From Candidatus Latescibacterota bacterium (GTDB lineage Bacteria; Latescibacterota; UBA2968): DNA of 64,000 nt. The position numbers and the translations under genes are program-made. Under the pieces are notes generated by a model that did no database searches, was not told where the DNA came from, and worked only from the letters and a program-made list of their open reading frames with translations. The stretch is taken from assembly GCA_965204745.1 (NCBI GenBank), contig OZ242010.1, positions 4,832,001 to 4,896,000 on the forward strand. Reading direction: 5' to 3'. Positions 44,888 through 55,900 of this stretch are shown here, piece after piece (positions within the stretch are counted from its first letter, which is position 1; each line of letters starts with the position of its first letter).

Positions 44888-44915
44888 TTGCCCGATTGTC
44901 GCATTGTGGTATAAT
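44888..44915 (+). promoter_or_regulatory. Extended -10 promoter (TGnTATAAT) upstream of the fumarase gene
   Basis: TTGCCC-N16-TATAAT with TG immediately upstream of the -10 element. Confidence 0.55.
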
Positions 44916-44990
44916 ATACGACTCCACGATGAAATACGCGATAAAATGACCGCGTGATGACGCGCGATACAACTTCAACAGGGGGATGAC

Positions 44991-46610
44991 ATGGACGCGT
45001 ACCAACACCGAGAAATGATTTCACTTGGCAAGGACGAAACGCCCTATCAGTTGCTAACGACCGATTGGGTTTCCACCGGCGCGTTTGAAGGCCGGGAGAT
45101 TCTCAAAGTCGAAGCCGAGGGATTGACCATGCTGGCGGACCGTGCGATTCGAGACAGCGCGCATTTGTTGCGGCCCGCGCATTTGCAACAACTGTGCAAA
45201 ATTCTCGACGACCCCGAAGCCTCGCACAATGACCGGTTCGTCGCCATTGAAATGCTCAAAAACGCCAACATCGCGGCCGGGGGGGTCTTGCCCATGTGTC
45301 AGGACACGGGCACGGTCATCGTGATGGGCAAAAAGGGCCATCGCGTGTGGACAGATGGCAACGACGCTGCCGCGCTCTCGCACGGCATTGCCAAGGCGTT
45401 TCGGGAAACGAATTTGCGCTACAGCCAGATGGCGCCGCTCGATATGTTTCAAGAGGCGAATACCAAGACCAATCTGCCCGCGCAAATCGAGCTCTATGCG
45501 GATGAGGGGGATGCTTACGAGCTCATGTTCATGGCAAAAGGCGGCGGGTCCGCCAACAAGAGTTTGCTCTTTCAAGAAACCCGCGCCTTGCTCTCGCCGG
45601 ATCGGTTGCGCGATTTTATCGACCAACGCCTGCGCGAACTCGGCACATCGGCCTGCCCGCCCTATCACCTCGCGTTGGTAATAGGGGGCACGTCTGCGGA
45701 ATACACCCTCAAAACAGCCAAACTCGCCAGTGCGCGGTACCTCGATACCCTGCCCACACGGGGCGATGAATACGGCCGGGCCTTCCGCGACTTGGAGATG
45801 GAAAAGCGGGTTTTGGAAATGAGCCAAGAACTCGGCATTGGCGCGCAATTTGGCGGCAAGTACTTCTGCCATGACGTGCGCGTGATTCGCCTGCCGCGTC
45901 ACGGTGCGTCCTGCCCGGTGGGCATTGCGGTCTCGTGCTCGGCGGATCGGCAAATTTTGGCGAAAATCACGCGCGATGGCATTTTTATCGAGGAATTGGA
46001 AAGCGACCCGGCAAAGTACCTGCCAGACGTGGAAGAAGACGCCCTGGGCAGGGAGGTGGTCACCATCGATCTCAACCGGTCAATGGACGAGGTGCGCGCC
46101 ACCCTCAGCAAGTACCCGGTCAGCACGCGCGTGTCCCTGTCCGGGCCGATGATCGTGGCCCGGGACATCGCGCACGCCAAGTTGCAAGAATGCTTGGACC
46201 AGGGCGAGGGACTGCCGCACTATTTCAAGGAGTTGTGCGTTTATTACGCGGGCCCGGCCAAGACCCCCAAGGGCTATGCCTCGGGTTCGTTTGGCCCCAC
46301 AACTGCCGGGCGCATGGATGGGTACATCGACTCGTTCCAAGCCGCCGGAGGCAGCATGGTCATGCTGGCCAAGGGCAATCGCTCGCGTCAGGTGACAGAG
46401 GCGTGCAAAAACCACGGCGGATTTTACCTCGGCTCTATCGGTGGCCCGGCCGCGCGGTTGGCAAAAGACGCGATCCGCAAAGTCGAATGCCTCGCCTATC
46501 CGGAACTCGGCATGGAAGCGATCTGGCGCATCGAGGTCGAAAATTTTCCCGCCTTCATCGTCGTGGATGACAAGGGCAATGATTTCTACGCAACATTCAC
46601 GCGTCCTTAG
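44991..46610 (+). CDS. fumA: Class I (Fe-S) fumarate hydratase, single-subunit FumA/FumB type
   Basis: [62 protein letters not shown]. Confidence 0.95.
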   Translation: MDAYQHREMISLGKDETPYQLLTTDWVSTGAFEGREILKVEAEGLTMLADRAIRDSAHLLRPAHLQQLCKILDDPEASHNDRFVAIEMLKNANIAAGGVLPMCQDTGTVIVMGKKGHRVWTDGNDAAALSHGIAKAFRETNLRYSQMAPLDMFQEANTKTNLPAQIELYADEGDAYELMFMAKGGGSANKSLLFQETRALLSPDRLRDFIDQRLRELGTSACPPYHLALVIGGTSAEYTLKTAKLASARYLDTLPTRGDEYGRAFRDLEMEKRVLEMSQELGIGAQFGGKYFCHDVRVIRLPRHGASCPVGIAVSCSADRQILAKITRDGIFIEELESDPAKYLPDVEEDALGREVVTIDLNRSMDEVRATLSKYPVSTRVSLSGPMIVARDIAHAKLQECLDQGEGLPHYFKELCVYYAGPAKTPKGYASGSFGPTTAGRMDGYIDSFQAAGGSMVMLAKGNRSRQVTEACKNHGGFYLGSIGGPAARLAKDAIRKVECLAYPELGMEAIWRIEVENFPAFIVVDDKGNDFYATFTRP

Positions 46611-46685
46611 AAGAGGCGCGACGCGTAGCGAGGGGGCAGGTACTAGGTCCTGTTGACATTTTATTTTTTTTAGCGAGGAGTTACC

Positions 46686-47435
46686 ATGAGTGCTGCACTG
46701 GATTACGGCGTCCAAAGTTTTTGTTTTCGCCACTTCAAAGACAATGCTGACGTGGCCCAAAAGGTCAGAGACATCGGCTTGGACAAAATTGAAGTCTGCC
46801 AAGTTCACGCCAATTTCAAAGACCCCGCCGCATGGCAAGAGGTCGTCAAAACGTACGCGGACGCGGGGGTTTCCATCATCTCTATCGGGGTGCAAACCTT
46901 CACGGGCGACCCGGGTGAAAAGACCTTTTTCGAGTGCGCGGCCCTTGCTGGTGCCGAGCACATCTCTTGCCATTTTCAACTCGAATCCTATCCCAAAGCC
47001 ATCGCACAAGTGCGCGGATGGAGCAGGGAATACGGCATTCGCGTGGGGATTCACTGCCACGGCGGGTACCACTTTGGCGGACAACCCGGGGTGCTCAAAC
47101 ACTTGATCGGCTTGGGCACGCCCGAAATCGGCTTGTGCATCGACACGGCTTGGGCCTTGCAAATCGGCCCTCGTCAGGGCAATCCGGTCAAATGGACAGA
47201 GGATTTTGCCGGGCAGATTTACGGCGTCCACTACAAGGATTTCATCTTTAACCCCAACGGCCAGTGGCACGACACGGTCGTCGGCGGAGGCACGCTCGAT
47301 CTGCCGGCCTTTGTCGCAGGGTTGGAAAAAACCGGCTTTGACGGCATGGCGGTTATCGAATACGAAGCCGATGTCGAAAATCCCGTGCCCGCCCTGACCC
47401 GATGCGTGGAAACCATGCGCGAATTGACCGGGTAA
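46686..47435 (+). CDS. Sugar phosphate isomerase/epimerase (AP endonuclease 2 TIM barrel)
   Basis: GVQSFCFR, GIHCHGG, CIDTAW, GVHYKDF, G.LDL, VIEYE; GAGGAG SD. Confidence 0.9.
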   Translation: MSAALDYGVQSFCFRHFKDNADVAQKVRDIGLDKIEVCQVHANFKDPAAWQEVVKTYADAGVSIISIGVQTFTGDPGEKTFFECAALAGAEHISCHFQLESYPKAIAQVRGWSREYGIRVGIHCHGGYHFGGQPGVLKHLIGLGTPEIGLCIDTAWALQIGPRQGNPVKWTEDFAGQIYGVHYKDFIFNPNGQWHDTVVGGGTLDLPAFVAGLEKTGFDGMAVIEYEADVENPVPALTRCVETMRELTG

Positions 47436-47533
47436 TGGCTCTGCTTGATCGCCTGCAAAAACCGACAGCCCTTTTTCCCGCGGATTTCTCCGACGCCCGT
47501 TGTACCCCGCTCGCGCCTTTTATGCTTTTTATT

Positions 47534-47599
47534 TTTTGTGCCTTTTGTGCCTTTTGTGGCTACTCGTGCCTTTTGTGCCTTTTGTGCCTTTTGTGGCTA
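47534..47599 (+). repeat. 9-mer tandem repeat (TTTTGTGCC)n ending in TTTTGTGGCTA, two blocks
   Basis: Seen directly; related units at about 1700-1760 and 63168-63253. Confidence 0.9.
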
Positions 47600-47606
47600 T
47601 TCACCT

Positions 47607-49816
47607 ATGATCGAAAAACACGACATGACCGAGGAACAATTGGTCTCGGCTTGCTTCCTGACCGAGGAATCCGCGAAGATTACGGCTGGGCGGAAATCGA
47701 TCCAGACCACGCGGTTATCGCGGGTGAAACGGCCACATGGCGCGTCGTCTATCACGCGGGCAAACGCGGGATTGACGATGGCGGGGTGATCAAAATCGCG
47801 TGGCGCGACGTGAGCGACTGGCAACATCCGCAATTTGACGATCCAGCCGCGCCCGCTTATGCCTCGGTCTCGACAACGGGACCGGCGACCTTGAAAGCGG
47901 TTTTTGACCGGCAGCGATATATTCGACCGTGGCGATATTGCGTCACCATCGACGTATTTGACGATTCGCTAGCCGAAGGCGACAGCGTAACCCTCGTATT
48001 GGGCGATACATCGGCCGGGAGCGCGGGCAGTCGCGCGCAAACATTTTGTCAGGATGCGTTTGAATTTCGCGTCGCGGTCGATTGGTGCGGAACGTGGGTC
48101 TATACAGAAGTGCCGTCGCCGAAAGTGCCCATTGTGAGCGGCGCGCCCCATCGCCTCGTCGCGTTGGGGCCATCTGAAACAACGCCCGACGAAGCCACCT
48201 GGATCGGCATAAAAGCCGAAGATGCGTGGGGCAATCCGTGCGCGGAATATACCGGTAAAATAAAAATCGACGCCGATGGCCTTGTGGGATTGCCCGAAAC
48301 ACATGCGTTTGACCCCAGCCAGCGCGGCGCAATGCGGTTTGAAGGTGTGACGGCCCCCAAACCTGGGATTTACCGCGTGCGGGCATGGGATGAAAGCCTG
48401 GGCCTCGAGGCAGAGAGCAACCCATTGGTGAGCCGTGCAACGCGCAAAGACCCGCGTCCCTTTTGGGGCGATTTGCACGGGCAGAGCGAAGAAACCGTGG
48501 GCACCAACTCGGTCGAGTCGTATTTTCGCTTTGCACGCGAAAAGGCGTGGCTGGATTTTGCAGGGCATCAGGGCAATGATTTTCAAATTACAAAATCGGT
48601 CTGGCAGGAGATCAAACGCCGCGCCAATACCCAGAATGCCCCGGGCAAATTCGCGGCCTTTGTCGGCTGGGAATGGTCGGGCAACACGCCCGTAGGCGGG
48701 GATCGCAATGTGTATTATCCCGGCGGCGACGGCCCGTTGCACCGCTCCAGCCATGTGCTGATCGACGACAAGTCCGATGTGGCTACGGATTGCCAGCACG
48801 TCGCAGACCTCTACCGCGCCCTCGAGGGCATGGACGCGCTGTTGATACCGCATGTGGGCGGGCGCTATGCAAATCTGGCGTGGCACGATCCAAACTTAGA
48901 GGCCGTGATCGAGGTTTTGTCCGAGTGGGGCGAATTTGAGTGGTTCTTGAGGGAAGCCCTCGAGAGGGGCTATCGCGTGGGGTTCACCTGCGGCAGCGAC
49001 GACCACAAAGGCCGCCCGGGCGCCGCGCATCCGGGCAGTGGCGCGTTTGGCGTTTACGGCGGGATAACCTGCGTCTATGCCGAAGAATTGACGCGGGAAA
49101 GCGTGTGGGAGGCACTCAAAGCGAGGCGGTGCTATGGCACTAACGGCCCGCGCGTGCTGGTGGAAATGACCGTGGGCGGGCAGCCCATGGGATCGGATCT
49201 GACGACACGGGTACCGCCCGAAATCGCCCTAAAAGTTTGGGGCACAGCGCCGATTGAAAAAGTGGATCTCTTCAGGGGAACGGACGTGATTTACACGCAT
49301 CCCCAAACCATTCCCCGGCAACAAAATCGCGTGCGGATCGCGTGGTCTGGGCAGCGCATCAGGGCGCGCAATCGCCTCGTGCGCTGGGATGGCGCGGTCA
49401 GGCTCGACAAAGGGCGCATCGCAGAGGCCATCGGTTTTGCGTTTGATTCAGCGTCCGAAGGCATTCAATCAGCCGATGATCACTCGGTGACTTGGACATC
49501 CGTGACCACGGGCGACGCGGATGGGATCATTTTGACGCTCGATGCCCCCAGCGATGCGACACTCGATTTTGAAACCCCCGTGTTGTCGCATTCGCTACGC
49601 CTTTCAGAAATCGCAACCGGGCCCGTTGTGATCGGTGCCGGCGGCATTGATATGCAGGTGGTTTTTGAACGCGCCCCCGTGGGCATTGGCCGCGAAGTCG
49701 CATTTACATACCGCGAAAATGAGTTGCTCCCCGGTTGCCATCCCTATTGGGCACGCATCGCGCAAATTGACGGCGGAAAGGCATGGGTGAGTCCGGTGTA
49801 TGTGGCGAGTCAGTAG
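47607..49816 (+). CDS. DUF3604 / PHP-like metallo-hydrolase domain protein; start uncertain, possible frameshift at about 47668
   Basis: FWGDLHGQSEETVG, HQGNDFQ, GWEWSGNT..GGDRNV, IPHVGGR, GSDDHKGRPG, RRCYGT. MIEKHDMTEEQLVSACFLTEE joins IREDYGW if one A is added. Alternative in-frame ATG at 47435 reads through the 9-mer repeat. Confidence 0.8.
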
Positions 49817-49992
49817 TCAGTTCGCCCCGCCCTGCAACCCTTCCACAAGTGAGACGGGAGAGGGAAGACGTAAGAGGGCCACCCAGCACTCCAAGTGGTC
49901 AGTAGTCAGTAGTCAGTGGTCAGTAGTCAGTGGTCAGTAGTCAGTAGTCAGTGGTCAATCTCCCCAACCCCCATTCCCCGTAGGGGCAGGCC
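49810..49992 (-). repeat. Composite intergenic repeat, copy D, including heptamer array (AGTRGTC)x9 at 49894-49956
   Basis: Reverse complement of the ACTGACC/ACTGACT family, plus GAGACGGGAG heptamers and a GTAGGGGCAGGCC REP-like end. Confidence 0.85.
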
Positions 49993-50039
49993 ATCGGCTT
50001 TGTAATGCAAGGTAGCGCGCTGTTTCAGTTTCGCAACTC

Positions 50040-50066
50040 GTAGGGGCAAGGCCCCTGTGCCTGTCC
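50040..50066 (+). repeat. GTAG-type REP-like hairpin
   Basis: GTAGGGGCAAGGCCCCTGTGCCTGTCC; similar units at 4866 (rc), 33645, 43763, 49980 and 51022. Confidence 0.6.
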
Positions 50067-50088
50067 GCGTATCGACAAGGAGATCGCA

Positions 50089-50967
50089 ATGACAATCGGT
50101 TTGCTGAGTCCCGGCGACATGGGACACGTTGTTGGGCAAGTGGCAATCGCCCATGGTGCCCGCGTGATAACGTGCTTGGATGGTCGGAGCGAGCGCACGC
50201 GCAAACTCGCGGAAATAGCGGGGATTGAAAATGTCCCCAAGTATGGGGATTTGGTGCGCGAGGCGTCGCTCTTGGTGTGTATTCTCGTGCCCGCCGCGGC
50301 CGAAGATGTGGCCGCACGCATTGCGGACGCGCTGCGAAACACGGATGAACAAATCGCGTATGCCGATTGCAATGCCATTGCCCCGGCGACGGCCGCACGC
50401 ATTGGCGAGGTGATCGAAAAGGCGGGCAGTGTGTTCATCGACGCGGGCATTATCGGCGGGCCGCCGCGCAAACCGGGGGGCACGCGGTTTTACTGTTCGG
50501 GGCCGGACGCGTCGGCTTTTGAAAAATTGAATGATTACGGCTTGGATGTGCGGAAAGTCGGGGACAAAATCGGGCAGGCATCGGGGCTCAAAATGTGCTA
50601 CGCGGCCCAAACCAAAGGGACGACCGCGCTTCAAACAGAACTGCTCATCGCCGCGCGGGCGATGGGGTTGTACGAGGGCTTGATCGCCGAGTTGCAACTG
50701 AGTCAGGCGGATCGATTGGCGGGGATGGAACGCGGCTTGCCGGGCATGCCGACCAAAGCCAAGCGGTGGGTGGGCGAGATGGAAGAGATCGCCAAAACCT
50801 TCGGGGATTTGGGTCTCACGCCAAAGATATACGAAGGCGCGGCGGCCATGTATCGCCTCGTCAGCGCGACGCCCCTTGCAGAAGAAACCCCCGAAACGCG
50901 AGATGCGGATCGGACACTCGCGCAGACCATTGAGATTTTGGCAAAAAAAAAGCACGCACAGGCGTAG
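50089..50967 (+). CDS. NAD(P)-dependent oxidoreductase, 3-hydroxyisobutyrate/6PGD-like with DUF1932 C-terminus
   Basis: IGLLSPGDMG, YADCNAIAP, DAGIIGGPP, ASGLKMCYA, KAKRWVGEMEEIA; AAGGAG SD. Confidence 0.9.
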   Translation: MTIGLLSPGDMGHVVGQVAIAHGARVITCLDGRSERTRKLAEIAGIENVPKYGDLVREASLLVCILVPAAAEDVAARIADALRNTDEQIAYADCNAIAPATAARIGEVIEKAGSVFIDAGIIGGPPRKPGGTRFYCSGPDASAFEKLNDYGLDVRKVGDKIGQASGLKMCYAAQTKGTTALQTELLIAARAMGLYEGLIAELQLSQADRLAGMERGLPGMPTKAKRWVGEMEEIAKTFGDLGLTPKIYEGAAAMYRLVSATPLAEETPETRDADRTLAQTIEILAKKKHAQA

Positions 50968-51016
50968 CCCACAACGAGCGTAACGGGACGCAACAGGGTA
51001 CAACGACGTTAGCAAT

Positions 51017-51892
51017 TCACCGTAGGGGCGTGGCCCCCGTGCCCGGCCGAAGTGAACTCGCTTTTCGGAAGTAAATACCCGCTCCAATTTGCTCGGAAGC
51101 ATCATCGATCACGGCGCGACACACGCGAAAGGAAGCCTTCAACAAGGCCGTGTTTTCCGCGCTCAACTGCGGGACATCCGTATCTTCGCGCCGCGCTGTA
51201 AAGAACAAGTGGTTCACAAAATCGCTGTTCTTGAGCCTTTGCAAGAGCCTCCTGCATCTCGCCCCGCGCAGTGTTCGGGCAATTAGTTTTCCACAAGCAG
51301 AGACCATCAGATTTCGCGCATGCACGGATTCATTGACCTTTTGCAACGCCACGCGGTCAAACTTAGGCGTGCCGCAAATATCGGACAAGCGATTCAAAAA
51401 TACCATCGGCTTGCCGACCAGCGCGGTGAAATGGACGGTCAAAACATCCACATCGAGTTGAAAGATATCCGACAGATGCGCGGGCGCCAACCTATCGCGC
51501 ACGACCGCTTCTTCCAAATGTAGCGCGCCAAAAAGCGCGGAAAATTCTCCTCGGCTCTTTCTGAATCGGATCATCGAAACGGCCCGCGCACAATGCTCGC
51601 GCAACAGCACGACGATGAGAATCCGATACCCCCTATTTCGCAACAGGCGGACGCCGCGCACCAACAGGGGATCGCAATACGCGAGGTTTGAGAGGTCCGT
51701 CAAAATCGTCTCTTTATTTTTTTGTTGCCGGAGTTTCTCAAAACGTCTCGGCGCCCGGTAATAGCAACCTTCCTTGATTTCCCCGCAGTCGAAAGCGGGA
51801 TGTCGTTTCAAGTTTTCGTACAAAAACGTGCTGCCAGATCGCCCCGGCCCCACGGCGAGCAAATAATCGTACCCCAATTTTTCGCATCCCAT
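51017..51892 (-). CDS. Sulfotransferase-like P-loop protein
   Basis: VGPGRSGSTFLYENLKRHP..KE (5'-PSB-like), ILIVVLLRE...RAVS (3'-PB-like), KVNES. Confidence 0.7.
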   Translation of the reverse strand: MGCEKLGYDYLLAVGPGRSGSTFLYENLKRHPAFDCGEIKEGCYYRAPRRFEKLRQQKNKETILTDLSNLAYCDPLLVRGVRLLRNRGYRILIVVLLREHCARAVSMIRFRKSRGEFSALFGALHLEEAVVRDRLAPAHLSDIFQLDVDVLTVHFTALVGKPMVFLNRLSDICGTPKFDRVALQKVNESVHARNLMVSACGKLIARTLRGARCRRLLQRLKNSDFVNHLFFTARREDTDVPQLSAENTALLKASFRVCRAVIDDASEQIGAGIYFRKASSLRPGTGATPLR

Positions 51893-51979
51893 CGAACATT
51901 CCCCATGTCTCGAAAGCCCTTGGACTATCCAAAGAGCCGTCCCAAGGCGTCACTCCATACCTAATTGCGGAGATGCAAC

Positions 51980-52951
51980 ATGAACGAATACGCCGTCACA
52001 TTCACCCAACGCGAGACAGCTCAGTTGTTGCCAACTAAAGTCGATACAAACGCGATTGGCGCGAATGAAGTCGCGGGGCATACCATAGCGACCCTCATCA
52101 GCGCGGGCACGGAGTTGAACAGCGGGTATCTCGGCGACAGATTTCCCAAACAGTCGGGCTATGCCGCGGCCTTCAAAGTTGAAAAAGTGGGCGAAAATGT
52201 CGCGGGCATTTCCCCGGGCGACCTCGCCTTTTGCATGGGCAATCACGCGACCTACCAGCGCAAGCCCGCCGCGCAAGTGATTCGCCTGCCCGAGGGTCTC
52301 GCGCCAGAAACAGCCGTGTTTGCCCGCATGATGAGCGTCTCCATGACCACGCTCACGACAACCACAGCGCGCCCGCCCGGCAAAGTGCTGATTACCGGCC
52401 TCGGCCTGGTCGGCCATCTCGCGGCCAAAAATTTTCAGGCATGCGGTTACGAAGTCTATGCCTGCGACCCGGTGGCGTCGCGGCGGCAAATTGCCTCGGA
52501 AACGGGCATTCACAACGCGCTCGATGCTGTCCCATTGGACAACCCCGACCTCGCGGGGCAGTTCCAACTCGCCGTTGAATGCTCGGGCCACGAACAAGCC
52601 TTGCTCGACGCCGCGGGCGCAGTGCGGAAACGCGCCGAAGTCGTTTGCATCGCCACCCCTTGGCGGCAGTACACCCAGTTGCCCCTGCACGACTTGCACC
52701 GCCTCATCTTTTTTAATTACGTCGTCATTCGCAGCGGTTGGGAATGGGAGTTGCCGCGCCAACCCGAAGACTTTCGCACCAACAGCATTTTTGAAAACCT
52801 CGCCGGTGCCCTCAACTGGTTAGCCGAAGGCCGGGTCAATGTCGATGGCATCTACACCAAGTACGATCCCGAAAAATGCCAACGAGCCTATCGAGACCTG
52901 TTGCACAAAAAAACGCCGCGCCTCGCGGTGGTTTTTGACTGGGCGACATGA
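51980..52951 (+). CDS. Zinc-binding (MDR) dehydrogenase-like protein
   Basis: LISAGTEL, ITGLGLVGH, AVECSG, SGWEW; GGAG SD before ATG 51980. Confidence 0.85.
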   Translation: MNEYAVTFTQRETAQLLPTKVDTNAIGANEVAGHTIATLISAGTELNSGYLGDRFPKQSGYAAAFKVEKVGENVAGISPGDLAFCMGNHATYQRKPAAQVIRLPEGLAPETAVFARMMSVSMTTLTTTTARPPGKVLITGLGLVGHLAAKNFQACGYEVYACDPVASRRQIASETGIHNALDAVPLDNPDLAGQFQLAVECSGHEQALLDAAGAVRKRAEVVCIATPWRQYTQLPLHDLHRLIFFNYVVIRSGWEWELPRQPEDFRTNSIFENLAGALNWLAEGRVNVDGIYTKYDPEKCQRAYRDLLHKKTPRLAVVFDWAT

Positions 52952-52971
52952 GAAGTTGCTCAATGCCGAAC

Positions 52972-55900
52972 TTACTTGCTCGCCGTGGGTATGACGGAGG
53001 TTCGCCGCGTTTGGGGACCCGGCCCTAAATTGTTCACCGCCCGCATGGTGAAGATATACGGGCTGTCATTGGTCAACCCGGTCACGGTGTAGCTCATCAG
53101 GGCCGCATTGCTATCGGGAATGTCTCGCGCACCCATCCACCCGCCGAACCTAGGATGTCTCATGTCGTATCTATACTTCGTGATGGTTGTGTCATTGGGA
53201 TTTGCCCAAGTGAGGGTCACTTGACCATTACCCGCCGACACAGCAAAATTCCTCACCATTTTTGGCACCGCCTTAGGAGTGACCGACTCTGACACTGGCC
53301 CACTCGTGCCCGCATGGTTCTCCACACGCACTTGGAAGGTGTATTCTGTGCCATTGGTCAGCCCTGTCACAAGATAGTGGAACAGCCTACCTACCTCTTC
53401 GTTTCCTGCCCCTGCAATATCCGTCCACTTTGACCAAGTCGTCCCCTGGTCGGTACTATAGCGATATTGATGTTTCTCGATAGTACCCCGGTACGAATCT
53501 GCTATCCTCCATTGCAGAGCCACCTCGCCATTGCCTCTGTGTACCCACTGGAACCTCGGCGGGATTGGTGGCGACATGATTCGCGTGACTACGCCGCGTT
53601 TTGGCCCGCTCCCTACGCGGATCACTGCTTCTTCGTTCCAGCTACTGATATAGCGTTGTTGTCTATCGAAGATATACTGGCCGGTTCGGATGCGGGCAAT
53701 CTCGTACTGCGGGAGTGGGATGGACGCCATGCACTTGCCATCGAAGTGCATACCATACTGTTGAAAAACAAAGTCGTAATTGTCAAAACCGTACTGCTTG
53801 CGGTTGGCGGGGAGGTCATCCTCATCGGCGGGGATGAGGTGGAGATAAAAGTGCTCCTCTGTGTCGTCCGGTGTGCATGGCCCTTTGAGATATACGAGTT
53901 TATCTTTGCGGCGATAGACATCAAAGACAGAATCGATTGCCGGCCGGTTGCGTGCGATTGTCCCAAATAGTGTTGCTAGGCTTCCGTCTATGCTGAAATC
54001 GTAAGTCGCTTCCCACGCGACACTTCTGTTCTGCGCCCTCTGCCCGGTCTTGATGGAAATGAGCCCAGCCTCAGGGAGTTGAACCTGCGCGATGCACTTC
54101 TCGTCGAATCTCACCCCCTTCTTACCAAACTGAAAACTCGTACTGTCATAGCGATCTTGCCTGCGGTGATCAGAAAGGTCATTCTCATCAAAAAAAATAA
54201 TGTCTAAAAGGTTATTCTCATCGCCACGAATAATGTCCAAAAAGAAGTGTGCCTCTGTGTCGATCACATCGCATGGCTCTTTGATGTACGATAAGATCCC
54301 CGCATCGAGATAGACATCAAAGTCAGACCGGATAATCGGCTCGCCAGCCGCGATAGATGGATACGCCGCCGCTAGCCCTATCGTGTCAATGTTGACTTTA
54401 GCAAGTTTATCATTGGTCAACGCCCAAACAGCCTTTAATTTTTCCTGCTTAACGGCATCTCCGTAGTGTTCCCAAAATTCCGTATCATTATAGACAATAA
54501 GATAATCATATTCTCGCAATTCCTGACCAAATTGTTCGGTGGAAAAGTGATGTTGCCACATACCCCAATCATCTCGCCCTTCAGGATGTACAGAAAGCCA
54601 TCCTGTACGTGCGGGAAAAGCCCTATAACGAAATATATTATGAATGTAGCCGTTGCCACCTTGTGCAATCACTAGGGTTTTTGACTCCCTATCTTTTTTT
54701 AGGGTCTCAATCACCGGATCTACCTGTTCATAAAAAAGATTTTTAGTACCTCTCCCTTTGTCTAATACAGAAGATTTAAGATCTGAAATCGGTGTGAACA
54801 AAAAGATCAAAACGATGAACGCAAAAAGCAGGCCCTTATTTTGTAAGCAAACAAAAAACAAAACCAAAAATATTCCCACGTAAACGGTTCCCAGGTATCG
54901 GTTAAAGGAAGCTAATATAACGGCTTCATATTCATAAAATGCAGTCATATATAACAATAAAAGGAGGCAGGTGTACATCGACAGCACCACGATGAGACAA
55001 ATTGTGAGCGTAATATGTCGGCTTCTCTGTATCTTTTGCGAAGTATTTCCGATGAGACAACATAGAAACATAAAAATTGCGAATATAATTGCCCACTCTA
55101 GGGGTGACAGTGAGAAATCCAAAAAAGCAGATGGGTGGGCAAACCTTCCTATGTACCTGTCTTTATGTTGATATATCAAAGAATCCAGAAAATTTTCAGC
55201 GGTTGTCTTCTGATAATCTTCCGGGTCGGCTAAGGAGTCATATATCCATTCAAGGGAAAAAACAAAAGAAGAATGAGTTACGCCGCTGTAAGACTTGAAC
55301 GCACTCCAAGAGGCATAAGAGACCAGAACAACGGCGATCAGCAAGCAGAGTCTCTTTAGTTTGGCCGGTAGCCTGACCTCAAAAAAGAACGCCTCATCGA
55401 TTGCGACGATGAATATGGTGGAAAACGCAAAGACCAAGCCTATTGGTTTGACCTGCACCATAGAAAACAAACAGATGCTTGTGATTATCAACCCGACTTT
55501 GGCTTGCTTTCGATTGATCAGATACAATATCACCGACATACCCCAACAAAGCCCCAGCAAGGAATCATTGTATATCCAAGAAATAGGTTGAACGAACAGA
55601 TAAAAAAGGCAGTAAAAACAACAAGTAATTAAGACGAGGAGGAGAATATTGTATTTTCTGAAAAATAAAAAGACAGGTACCGCGGACGAAAAGATGATGG
55701 TCTGTGCAAAAATGGTCGTTCCTTCATTCATCTCTCCTCCACTAAAAAACAAGATAAAGTAGTATTGCAAAATGGCAGTAATTTGGGGATAATCCATCCC
55801 GTCGATATGATTATATCCGGCAATTAGACTATCGTGAGTCGTTATTATTTTGGTCGTAATGCCCCAACCCCATTCATCCCAGACACTGAAATAGGTATTT

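Noticed and set aside
50960-51015. Integron attC site (..ACAAC...CGTTAGC)
   Set aside because: Core sites do not match RYYYAAC/GTTRRRY well, there is no clear L-box palindrome, and no integrase or cassette array is present.
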